From: Marsupella aquatica
Taxonomy: Eukaryota; Plantae; Marchantiophyta
DNA: 64,000 bases
Reading direction: 5' to 3'
Assembly: GCA_973895155.1 (NCBI GenBank)
Contig: OZ316896.1
Coordinates: 5,089,925-5,153,924 of the forward strand
Position numbers and translations under genes: made by a program. This document shows, in pieces, positions 13,471-25,622 of this stretch (within the stretch, counting starts at the first letter, position 1; each line of letters starts with the position of its first letter). The notes beneath the pieces are model-generated. The model did no database searches. It had not been told where the DNA came from and was given only the letters and a program-made list of their open reading frames with translations.

Positions 13471-16262
13471 GCCTACCTCCATCTCGGTATCGCTGCATGC
13501 CAAATTTGAACTGGAGTCCTGACGGTCGGAAACAAGTTGTAGAGTCGACGTCCTTAGAGAAATCTGGCAGTTTTGGTTGTTTCTAAGAGGAACCTACCTT
13601 CACAATCCGCGCAAATGGGAGTTGATCTTCACAGAAAAGGAGAATGTGCAGGATTCTCTGCTTGTAGTGGTTCACCTCCCCGGACAGCGAGAGTTGTGGT
13701 TTTCTGTGGCCTACCTATTTTGAGGGCCACCTCTCAGTTTATTTTCAGGGCCACCTCTCAGTTCGAAGTTGCTTGCATGTTTGTGGACTAAGCTTCTGGT
13801 AGAATATAGATTTTAAGCTATCGGCAAAGGATGTTCGAATTGATCGCAGTGCACACAGGCTCGCGAGGGTCCTCCACTCTACGGATACTAACGTCTTACT
13901 TATTCGAGACAATTATGACCATCTGGACAGTAGGCTCAGGTTCCAATAAAATTACAGAATTTGCAGTGAGCACAACAGTACTCTCTGCAACGTCTCGTCA
14001 TTGAGCGAGCTATACCAGCCGGGAAGTGTGGAAGTTGTGGGACACACGTCGGTATCCGGCAAGCTCTTCAGAGAGTACTGCACTGCACTTTTGAATGTGC
14101 GGTTGGATATTAAACCGATATTTCTGTCCTTTCAGACTTTCAGTGAATGGTGAAGAAATGAATGCGATTCAAAACGAATCTTGAATGAATCACCACCTTC
14201 CGCGAGCAATCATCGTGGTGTTCTGGCTCATGCACTATCGTCGTCGTCCAGACGTCGAAAGTCCAATAGTATCGCCCGGTCCAAACTTAAAACATTAGGA
14301 TTTCTTCCTGTTACCGCCATACTGGTGTTCAGCACCACGAGGCACGAGACGCGTATCAGTACACGGTACTAATTCGCTCAACTTAACTGCTGGACCGTAC
14401 CATCATTCGGTTAGTAAGACTTTTCCGTCAGAGTGACCTTCAACAGAATGTTCGTGGTAATTCACATCGACGCAGCAGAAAGGCCAAGGAACGCGATTCA
14501 ACTGCTACAGTACATACAAAAGGTGATATCCTGGAACAGTGCTACAATGATAAGACGCCGGAACGGAGTGCAGTCACCTTACTGTACATTCCTCCAGATT
14601 CGTGGTCGTTCTCGAATTCGTTTATCTGCTAAAAATCATTTTCACATCGTTTCCAAAATTGGAGGCAATACGAGGACAGGTTTCAAAATGCACTCATCAA
14701 TATTGAGCATTTTCACAGCTAGCAAGAGCGTTGCATTACTTCACTTTGTTCACGACGTACAAATGTACAGATTTTTCCCCAGTTTCTAGTTCAAAATAAG
14801 ACGTAAATTCCTTAAATCCTATGTAGTATTAATATAAATGCCTCCCAGATATTTGCTAATCGTAGACTCCGCTCGCTCGAAAGATATATAGCTCGTTCGA
14901 AAAGCTTGAACGAGGACATTCTCAACATAAATCCAACTACTTTGACTAGTTTACTGACGGCTCGATAGCAATCTGATGTAGAATTGACCACGAATCTTAA
15001 CTTAAATCCCCTTATGACCACAGGCCAATGAGACATTTCGAATTCAAAAGAAGCTGCTAAACGGAAAACCACAGAAGTCGTACGACAACTACATGCGGTG
15101 AGCGCACAGACTTACAGTCACCTGCAGCATTTTACATAAGTAGTCTGTCAACTGGAAATCTCAGCAAAAGATAGCAGTCGATCAGAGAGAAACGACAGAG
15201 TGTTTTGTCACAGCCATCATTGCAGTGTTCTAAACGGAGAACTGCGTTCCCAGAGGCTTCAACTAAGAGCGAGTTGTATGGCATGATCGAGGACGTCTAC
15301 ACCAACAAATCATTATTTTTAAGAAATATAAATCCAAACTCTCGTATAATCTGTACGTTTTGAGATATCTAGAGATCTATTTTTAAACAGAGGGCTCCTT
15401 CAGTGTGATCCTGTTCAACATTCATACTCTGACTTTAAGCATATGACATAGGAAATATTGTATTGTGCTATAAAAACTGTCCAAATTGACTTTCATTACT
15501 TCACATGTGGTTGATAGTACATGTGGTTGATACCGTCCTGAGGTATCATAGAATTTCGGTAAAGCATGAACGTGCATAAAGATGTAGCACGACGTTGTAG
15601 GCAATCACGTGCACGGAATTCAGATCTTGGTATCTCGATTGCCACAGGTACAGTACTTAAGGATTTTAAAGAGTAAAAGGGCACCTGCAGTAGACATGAT
15701 GACATACTTCAAGTTGTCGATACATGCATCGCTGCTTAACGTGATAACGCGTAGATTAAAAGTTGTGGCAGGAACTATAAGTGTCGCAGAAGGTTGCAAA
15801 AGGCTTCTTGCCATTGTCAACATTTTCGGCAAGTGCTAGGTGAACTGTTTCTAATGGCCCATCACTGGAGGAAAAAATGTTCCAGTTCTTACGGACTCGT
15901 CCTGCCTTGTGATACGCTTTTCGAGCTTGTTGGGGAAGAGGATGGGAAGCAAAGCAGATTGTGGCAGAAAATCGTGCTCAACTGTTAGGGCAAACCAGAA
16001 ACAGATATCGTTCTCCGACAGAAGTATTTGCCTAGAGGGCTACCCATCTTTACTATTTCCCGTCTCCTGGACACCGTGGACTTGTATAGTTTTCTCTCGT
16101 TCTAGAAGCTGTCTTGCTTGGCCGCAATAGACATGTATTGGAGGATTTATTAGCTGACGAGCTGGTCGGTAGTAGTTTGTTTGATATAGTTTGTCACTCT
16201 TCGTGCGTTTCTGTTCGGGGAGCCATCCGGTTGAGTTGCTGCTGTAGCTAGACGTGACTAGG

Positions 16263-18070
16263 ATCGTCGCTTATTATGATGCCTGATTCGGGAGCTGAGG
16301 ACATCAACAGACGCGCTACGGACCTATTGACTTTGTTTGGTTGCGAAATCCCCAGGGCTTTACGAATGGAGTGCAGACTATTTCAAATTGTTGGAATGCC
16401 AGGGATTCCAAGTCTTTGTGATTGAGAACCAATCTTGTGAAGTGTGTCCCTTGTGAAGTGTTCCCTTCTGTGTCTGGTCTCCACGTCTTCCCAATTTCAC
16501 TTTGGTTCTTATCGTAGGGCTTGTTTTTAGCTCTTTACTCCTTACTATAAAGTGGCGCGGGTGTAAGGCAGTCTGCCCAACACGTGTTCGAGCTTCCTTT
16601 GGAGCGCCTGGCTCTTTTCAAACTCGTTTGAAGTGCAGGAGTGCCTGCACTTAAGCAATGGATGTGAGCGCAATGTTTGCACTCTTCCACAGACACTTAA
16701 GCAGTATGCGCGACTGGCTCTGGATAGAGCATTCAGTCTTTTGCAATGAATCAATCAATGGATGTGAGCGCAATGTTTGCACTCTTCCACAGATACTGTG
16801 TATGATTTTACTAATGTGTCAATGCAAGTGTCTTATGTTTTGTTCTCCAAGCTATTGATCACAGGTTATTGGCCATTAATATTAAATCAATCTATCGATA
16901 GTTTGATATAGTTTTTTGTGAACAAACACACACAATTTTTGTCTACTTCATGTTTTGCTCTATCACAAGTACAGTCATGACATTTCGTGACTCCACTCAC
17001 TTGTTACCAAAATTAGATGGTGGTCCCAATTACGAGCAGTGGCAGCTACTTGTCTCAGCTAGTCTGGCATCATCGGGCGGGTGGAAGTTCATTGATGGAA
17101 CAGCAGTGTCACCTGTTCAAGAGATTGACGAAAAGTACTATCAGTTTCAGGCTCGTCTTGAGACTTATCGTCGCTTATTATGATGCCTGATTCGGGAGCT
17201 GAGGACATCAACAGACGCGCTACGGACCTATTGACTTTGTTTGGTTGCGAAATCCCCAGGGCTTTACGAATGGAGTGCAGACTATTTCAAATTGTTGGAA
17301 TGCCAGGGATTCCAAGTCTTTGTGATTGAGAACCAATCTTGTGAAGTGTGTCCCTTGTGAAGTGTTCCCTTCTGTGTCTGGTCTCCACGTCTTCCCAATT
17401 TCACTTTGGTTCTTATCGTAGGGCTTGTTTTTAGCTCTTTACTCCTTACTATAAAGTGGCGCGGGTGTAAGGCAGTCTGCCCAACACGTGTTCGAGCTTC
17501 CTTTGGAGCGCCTGGCTCTTTTCAAACTCGTTTGAAGTGCAGGAGTGCCTGCACTTAAGCAATGGATGTGAGCGCAATGTTTGCACTCTTCCACAGACAC
17601 TTAAGCAGTATGCGCGACTGGCTCTGGATAGAGCATTCAGTCTTTTGCAATGAATCAATCAATGGATGTGAGCGCAATGTTTGCACTCTTCCACAGATAC
17701 TGTGTATGATTTTACTAATGTGTCAATGCAAGTGTCTTATGTTTTGTTCTCCAAGCTATTGATCACAGGTTATTGGCCATTAATATTAAATCAATCTATC
17801 GATAGTTTGATATAGTTTTTTGTGAACAAACACACACAATTTTTGTCTACTTCATGTTTTGCTCTATCACAAGTACAGTCATGACATTTCGTGACTCCAC
17901 TCACTTGTTACCAAAATTAGATGGTGGTCCCAATTACGAGCAGTGGCAGCTACTTGTCTCAGCTAGTCTGGCATCATCGGGCGGGTGGAAGTTCATTGAT
18001 GGAACAGCAGTGTCACCTGTTCAAGAGATTGACGAAAAGTACTATCAGTTTCAGGCTCGTCTTGAGACTT
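16263..18070 (+). repeat. 904-bp direct tandem duplication (16263-17166 / 17167-18070)
   Basis: Identical ORF pairs offset by 904 nt. Junction gagactt|atcgtcgctt at 17167. Confidence 0.95.
16436..16863 (+). repeat. 5' LTR of the copia element (428 bp); duplicate at 17340-17767
   Basis: TGTGA...TCACA inverted termini, internal TATAAA, and a PBS-like GGTTATTGGCC immediately after. Confidence 0.8.
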
Positions 18071-21000
18071 ACAATGCTCAAGCCTCTCATGCTCAGATGA
18101 TCATCCTTTCTACTTGTAATACCACATTCAGGCGACCCTCGCGGTGGTGCCTACAGCAAAAGAATGTTGGGACAAATTGAAGAAGATCTACAAGCCTCAG
18201 GGCCTCATCCAGAAGCACAGTACGTGGGTGGGTTGCTTACGTCAAATTGCAGTATATATCGAGGGGAGGACATGGAGACATTTACTACTCAATACCGGGA
18301 TGCTCTTGATTGATGTGCGGCTGCGGGCATTGTCATTGATACTGCTGTTCCAACCATGCGGTTTCTTCATAGTCTGGACAAGCATTTTAATCATTGGACA
18401 ACCAATGTATGTGAGCACTCTCCTTCTCTTGATCTTCTTCTTCAAGAAACATGGGATGGATATCATAATGATCCTGATCAGGCACCATTGCAGCCGGCTT
18501 TAATGCTCAATGTCAATACCAGCACCTAACGCCTGACTTCGTCCACGCTGCCTAAGGAACTCTGTTCTTACTATCAACTTCCTCGCCACAAGGAGGACAC
18601 CTGTTACTATAAGTATGAGCATCTTCGACGACCAGGATGGCAGCCCAACACAATTACAATGCAACGCATTCAATAACAATGCCTCAAGGGGACGAAATAA
18701 TGTTCAGGCTGCTCTTCCACCCGTTCTCTGCCCTGATTCTCCTCCACTTGATATTTTCAATTTTGTGCAATCATTACAGCACGTACATTCTGAGGATACT
18801 CTGTTTGCAGATACCAATACTTGGATTGCTGACTCTGGTGAATTATCATTTTTGTAACAACCGGAGTCTATTCCAGGATTATCATTCCGATCCACTGTCC
18901 ATCAATACTGGGGCAGGACAAATCATCTCACCAGGGCACGGTAATCTAGATCTTTCTTTGCAATGCACTGATAAGTACGTCTTACCGACCAATACAACTA
19001 CATAATGTACACTACATTCCGAGTAGCGCATTGAATACTAAGTCTGAGCATCTTTTAGAACAGAAAGGTGTATATTGGCATGGCTGGGAGTCTCGTTTCA
19101 TTTTCCGAGCAACTGGTCAAGAATTTGCTAGCGCAAAGAAGTTGGATGGCCTTAAGGTTCTTTGCGTCAAAGTTCCACCCTTGTCCACTCCTGATGATAA
19201 TCACTTCTTTGCACAGAGTGTTAGTTTTCTTCTCCTTCATCGTCGTTTTGCACATTTGCATTCTGACGGTGTCAAGAAGGTTGTCCAACAAGAAAACATT
19301 ACACTCATCGGCTCTAATGTCCTACCGCCGTGTGAAACATGCGCCCTTGCCAAGTCCTCTCGTGTTATCTCTCATGAATCACACACTCGGGCGACTGCTC
19401 CATTTCAAAAAATACACATCGACCTTGTTGGTCCTATCTCCACTCCCAGGCTCAATCACTAGTGCTTTTTTCTGCTTCTCACTGATGATTACTCATGCTC
19501 TCGCTAGGTGTATTGTGTTCAACATAAGAGTCAAGTTTCTTCCCTTGGTCAGAAGTTCTGTATTGCAATACAAGCTCACTATTCTGTCAAGGTTGGGGCT
19601 ATTCATTGCGACAATGGCACTGAGTTTGGCAGCGCATAGTTACAACAATTCTTGGCAGAACTTGGATACAACATCTCACACTCGGCTCCATATCATCACA
19701 CTCAAAACGGAATTGCTGAACGGGCAAATGGTGTCATCATTGAGCGGGCCAGGGCTATGTTGTTGGATTCTCATCTTCCGTCTCGTTTATGGCCAGAAGT
19801 GGTTCGAACTGCAGTTTACGTGTCAAATCGGCTATCTACGTACGACAGTCAATCCTGACTCAGCATCTCCGCTTGCTACTCTCAATCTTGCGTTCAAACG
19901 GCCGTATAATTCTAATATCACTCATTTGCGAGTGTTTGGTGCAATTGTTTATATGCACATACCTCCTGAGAGGCGACTTCGTGGTGATAAATTTTCATCC
20001 AGGGCACGACGTGGATTTCTGGTGGGATATGGTGATGGTCTTAACTATCGCATATGGTTTCCCTACACAAATGAAATTGCAGTATCTGCCTATGTTTCCA
20101 TTGATGAGACACTCCGTTTAGTCCCTCCATTACAATCCATGACGGCGGATCCTGCTTTGATTATTATTGAGCAACCAATCTATTTGGCTCCAATCGATGC
20201 TCCATTAATAGCTCCTCTTTCGGCTCTTGTCATTGATAGTCAGGCACCTCCTGTTTTATCGTCGGCACCTGACACTATTCCAAATCAGGTTTCCCCTGCT
20301 GCGGCTGAGTTTTTTCCGACATACCACCTTTGGGCACAATCTCGCCAGAAGAATTCCATGAAGATGTAACCGCAGCTGACATGCCGCCACCTCCTCGTCG
20401 GTCCACTCGAAGTCATAGGGGTGTCCCCCCCCCCTCGATTTTCTTCTGCCTCTTTGCTCTCGCATATTCCATCATGGCTGCTCTACTCTTATTCGGCTAC
20501 GCTCTTCTCCTCTTTTTCGGATGTACCAAAAACTCACAAAGAGGCAATGTCTGGGCCTGATGCTGCGTCTTGGAAAGAAGCGGAGCGGAAGGAACTTCAT
20601 CAGTTGGAGAAATTAAATGTGGCTCGACTGATTTCGTTACCACCTGGTGCACGCCTTCTTCCATCCAAATGGGTTTACAATCGAAAGAAGACAGGCATCT
20701 ACAAAGCATGCTTTGTGGCTCGCGGAGATAAGCAACGACCAGGTGAAGACTACGGGGATACTTTTGCCTCTGTGGTAAGGCCTGAGACTTTTCGCACCAT
20801 TATGGCACTTGTTGCTATTTTCAATCTCGAAGCTCGTAGTTTCGATATTGTTACAGCATTTCTATATGCTGTGCTGGCTGGCCAGCCACCCATTTATATT
20901 CGACCACCACCAGGATATGAGATGTATACTGCCCATGGTTAGCTCCTCATCTGGTTACTCTTATCTGCTTTATACGGCTTACGACAATCTCCTCTTCTCT

Positions 21001-21187
21001 GGTAGATTGCGATTACTGAGTTTTTGGCTACTCATGACTTTTTTCCGTTACTCTCGGATCCATGTCACGTTCTAAAAACTTCTACGGGGATCTCATTGTC
21101 TTGTGGGTGGATGACATTATTACCATCTCCACGACCGTTCAAGGTGTCAATGCTATGCACTCCATGTTGTCTTCCCGATATGAGATT
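16436..21187 (+). mobile_element. Degenerate Ty1/copia LTR retrotransposon, 3'-truncated within RT
   Basis: LTR TGTGA..TCACA and gag start LPKLDGGPNYEQW. Integrase motifs CETCALAK, PFQKIHIDLVGP, HCDNGTEF, APYHHTQNGIAERAN. RT motifs SKWVY, ARGDKQRPGEDYGDTFASV, DIVTAFL, LYGLRQS, WVDD. Integrase precedes RT. Many stops and frameshifts. Confidence 0.93.
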
Positions 21188-24100
21188 CCGAACCAATCAG
21201 ATTCGCTTGATCCATATAATTGTAAGGAGCAAGCAAGCTTTCTGTGTTTACTGTGTCCATGCCATAAATCCTAGTCACTGGGATTTTGTTGAACTGAATC
21301 ATTATTGTTCAGGAATGCACCGTTCCCATCCTCCATCATAATTATTGTCAAGAAATTCTCGCCTTGCCATGCTTCAGGACGACGATTTCTACCCTCGGCT
21401 GTGGAGAGAATGGGTGTCTAGCGTTCAGGGTGGAGCCTACAACCGGACAACAGCGGATTGATTTTGGTGTGGTGGGAATCATGCTGAGGATCTCCTAGAA
21501 GCTGGCAAGGGCAGAGGTTTCCCTTTGTGCGGTTTGAATTCAAACGTCAAACTGTGACATGGGGAAATCCATCAAACAAATTAGTCTGCTTTTCGCTGTT
21601 CAGGGCCCTGTTGTTTGCAAACAAGAGTAGATGAAATAACGAATCCGCCAACTTATGATAATAGACGCGCTTGAAAAGATGGCGAAATCATCGACTCCAC
21701 ATTGACTTCACGTCCCGTCACGGAAGCTGACGACCGAGTGAAAAGTCAGGCAAGGGTTTTGGGTTTTTTTAAGTCTCGGGCGAATTTGATGGACCAAAAA
21801 CATCAGTCTTATCTATTGACAATCAAGAACCAGGGTAAGGAAGGGGATCGCTTTTCATTTGTCTGTCCATTCCAAGGCTGAAATGAAAATAAAACAGGCT
21901 CCTGATTTTTCTTGTAACTTTGCGGGGGAGCGAACAACAAAGCGGGGCGAGCCCAGAAGAAAGGCAATCGGCCCAATCTTGTCGGCATTCTAACGTATTA
22001 ACTGTCGAGAAGCATTGAGAGCCTTTTGACTATTTTGGAGCCCCGCGCGTGGAGCTGGTCCAAAGTTTCTTGGAAGATCAGATGGGTTTTCTTAGTTAAC
22101 TGCTCTTTGTGCTCTTAGCGCTTCCCACATTTCTTAACAGGGTTGGACAATCTCTGATGAAGGGCACAGTATATGACAATTATGTAGGGTGAAGGCAATG
22201 CCCGAGGCAATGCTAACCAATCCGCTTCAACACTCTTTTAATTGTGTTCGTGCATGAGGATATGGGGACAGTTTTCACACCAGATTGCCCTTAGCACCTT
22301 GGACGACAATGAACGCTGCAGAACATGGACGTCTACAGCCGAACAACAGGCCGGAATGTCTACCGCAACAAATCATTATTGCTGAAAAATACCCAAATTC
22401 TCCTCTCATCGTGATCTGTACGATTTGGTGTCTAGAAAAGTATTCTTAAAGCCGACGCTCCCCAGTGTGTAAACCTATTCAATACTAATACTCTTCATCT
22501 CAAGCATATTTACTTCCAAGAAATTCTGTTGTGCCACTATATTTAACGAACTTCAATTGTGGTTGATACCGGCCTGAGGTATGAAAGAATTCAGGTAGAG
22601 CATGAACGTGAATAAAGATGTAGCACGTTGTAGTCGACCACGTGCACGGAACTTCCTTTTTGAATTGTTATCTTGATTGTCACAGGTACTTGACGATTTG
22701 AAAAAGTGAAAAGGTAGTGTTTCTTCTACCAGCTGCAGTAAGCCATGACCACTGACATGCATCAAGCTTTCTTGTCAGTAGGCTGATACATCCTGTCCTA
22801 GGCTTCTAGCACGTAAACGAAGACTTGTGATGGGAACAATGAAATGTTGCGAGGTTGCACAAAACTTCTTGCGATTGTCAACAGTCCGGCGAGTGCTACG
22901 TGAACTGTTGTAATGCCCCACCACAAGGAAAAACAAATCTATATGTTATTCTTCCATCCTTGTCACACCCTTCTCGAGCTTGTATGGTAGGGCGGGGGCG
23001 GGGGCGGGGGCCGGGGCGGGTCCTAGCAAAGTAGGTTTGAAAGGCAACCTTGCTGAAAAAAATGAAAACGAGTGAGCTCAAGATATATCGTCCTTCGACA
23101 CAATTAGCTGCCTTAGTCGGTCGCAATAGACATCCATGATTGGAAAATGATTTATTTGGCTGACAAGCTGATCTGGAGGACTCAGCCCCAGATGACTGAG
23201 GGATTTCGGCCATTGGTACGACTTTAGAAGGGGGGAAAGCCAGGGATGACCTTGCAGCTTGTTCACCTTACAATGCCTCAATTCCTTGCCAAGCCCACGG
23301 AGGTCCTGCCTTGTCATGGATGCTCTGACCTGTTCTGGATATATTCTGAGACCCCTAAATTGACAGTACTCAATTGACAGACCCTACAACTTGCTAGCAT
23401 TGGACAGACAGCAGAAGCAACTACTCCACGGTACCTTTGTGAGTTCCGCAATCATAAGAACAGGACATCATTAATCTTTCATTCACCTCACCTCAAATCA
23501 TTCGGTCTGATAACCTTACTCTCTTTTGTGACACTTCCTATCCGATCGCCAGTTGCTTGATCTGATATAACTCAGACTCGCCACTCCATGAAATTATCAT
23601 CATTTGGTAACTGTCCGGCAACCACAAACAGCAAATGGTATACAATTGACTTGCAACGGAAATGGCAGACAAACTTAACTGGAGATGTAAACGATTCCTT
23701 ATAAGCGCTCGTCATTTTACACCTCGGTCAATCCTCTCTCCAAAAGCAATGTATGTACGTTGGCTAGCTATGGGGATTCACTTCTACTTCTAGTCACCCT
23801 TAGAAATGAAGAGTTTCAATGCACCCATGGATCTTGCTCAATGTTCAAACTACCAATACTCTGCACTAAATTACAGGAATGGGCAATGAAGCCATAATTA
23901 TTCAGTTGTGGAGAAGAGGGAATGCTTTGCATCTTATGACACGTTTCGGTCACTCGGGAACTTAGGACATATCTCGATAGATGTCGTGCGCAGTTTGAAT
24001 AAAAAAAGAGAATCTCAATTGTGAACGAATGGACCAGGAGTTTAAGTAGCCATGCCAACCTACTCAATGCAAGTGCCTCATTCAAGCGTTATTCCCCACT

Positions 24101-25622
24101 TGGGGTAACTTTTTCCCTGCTTTGAAAATTTAACTTGCATGCGTAAGAATGTTCTACCGGACCTTCTCCCTTTTCCTAAAAATCAGTCTCCCAATCGAAT
24201 TACTCTACGGTACGGGCACAGGCATTGTGCAATGCTTAAGCAGAAAAGAGATGAAATGTGAATATTCGGATTTTACCCTTCTCTCAAAAAGGTCATAAGC
24301 ACTCACTGATTTTCGGCAAAGGTATACACAATATATGCAAAACAATGGGTCACTGGAAAACGGTAGATGATGCAAAGGCCAAAGCAGCCTGTACTTACTT
24401 TTCAGAGAAGAAACTTCCTGCTTTTCGAGAAAACTATATTTCAAGGAAAAATATTGCTGAAATCCTGCGATATGATCCCGATGACAGCCATGTTGCAGTA
24501 TAAGGCGATCTTCTCCTTTCGTACATGTGCCTCCGTGGAGTCTTGGAGCATTAGTCCTACACAACTTTTTCCGACAGAATGCAGTAACAAACTTGGTCAA
24601 CTTTCTAAGAATCCAATTCATTTGCCTCATCGAAGATAAGTATTGTCGTGTGTCAAATGGAATGACATCTTCGGTGTCGTAAAAACCTCAGACTAGAGAG
24701 TCCCTGAAAAATCGAAGCTAGGTGCTAGCTGTCGCATGTCAAATGGAATGACATCTTTGGTGTCGATATAACCTCGTAGTGGAATCCCTGAATAATCTCT
24801 TCTACTTTCTCTGTTCTCAAAATGCATCCTTGAGCTAACCGAAAACCTGAACGACTCTAGATTGTGCACCAGCGATGCTCGAAGATGTCAACATTGTCAA
24901 AAATGGCATTGGAAAATTACAATGAATGTTTCAAGCTGGGGTTGCATGACCCGATATGACACGACGGTAATATAAGGGTCAGGGAACTGGGGTCCAAAGC
25001 GGGGTCAAGAAACTCATCACTGTCAGTAGAGTGGTTTACATCGTTTTAGGAATATGGCTACAGACGGAAAATTTCTATCCCTAACTCAGCAATGAAACCA
25101 CCAATTTCTATTTGAGACTTCTCAATCAGATCCTCTTTACTTCAGCTTCTCTTTCTAGAAGGATATTTGAAATTGTTCAGGCTTATAACACACCTACAAT
25201 TTCGTGTGGTCAACCTCAAAAGACGAAGAACAAAAAGTCGAAGAGATACGGAACATATGAAGCCCCCCATAATGGTTGTAACAACAGTAATGGTCTTATA
25301 CTGCCACTGTGATTCTGGCACTATAGCTATGCTTCGTGAGATTTCTTGTTAATTTTAGAGATTAGAGGAGTTTGAACAATATTTGATTCTTTCCAATTTT
25401 AGAGATTAGAGGAGTTTGAGCAATAGTTGATGCCTTTTGTGACGTAGATGCCAAAGATGGGTCTGCAGTGAAGGATACTATTAGTTGGATCCAATCACAT
25501 GTCAGGAATCTGCGGTCCAAAGAGAGGCCAAAGAAAGTCATTGATACACAGAATTTTTCCATCAATAGAGCAATGTCGCTACCATTTTATTCAGACTTCT
25601 CAATAAGACATTAATTTCTCCT

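Larger units (their letters stand above)
6700..13968 (+). repeat. Segmental duplication unit A (~7.3 kb) containing ANK-TM gene A
   Basis: Colinear similarity with 23330-30029 plus 31851-31870, covering both gene and flanks. The left end is approximate. Confidence 0.85.

Noticed and set aside
16436-17767. TRIM or young LTR element with two identical LTRs
   Set aside because: The second LTR is part of a 904-bp tandem duplication that includes host flank; no TSD or PPT was seen.
19068-20369. 433-aa ORF as a host gene
   Set aside because: Frameshift chimera of copia integrase-region sequence.
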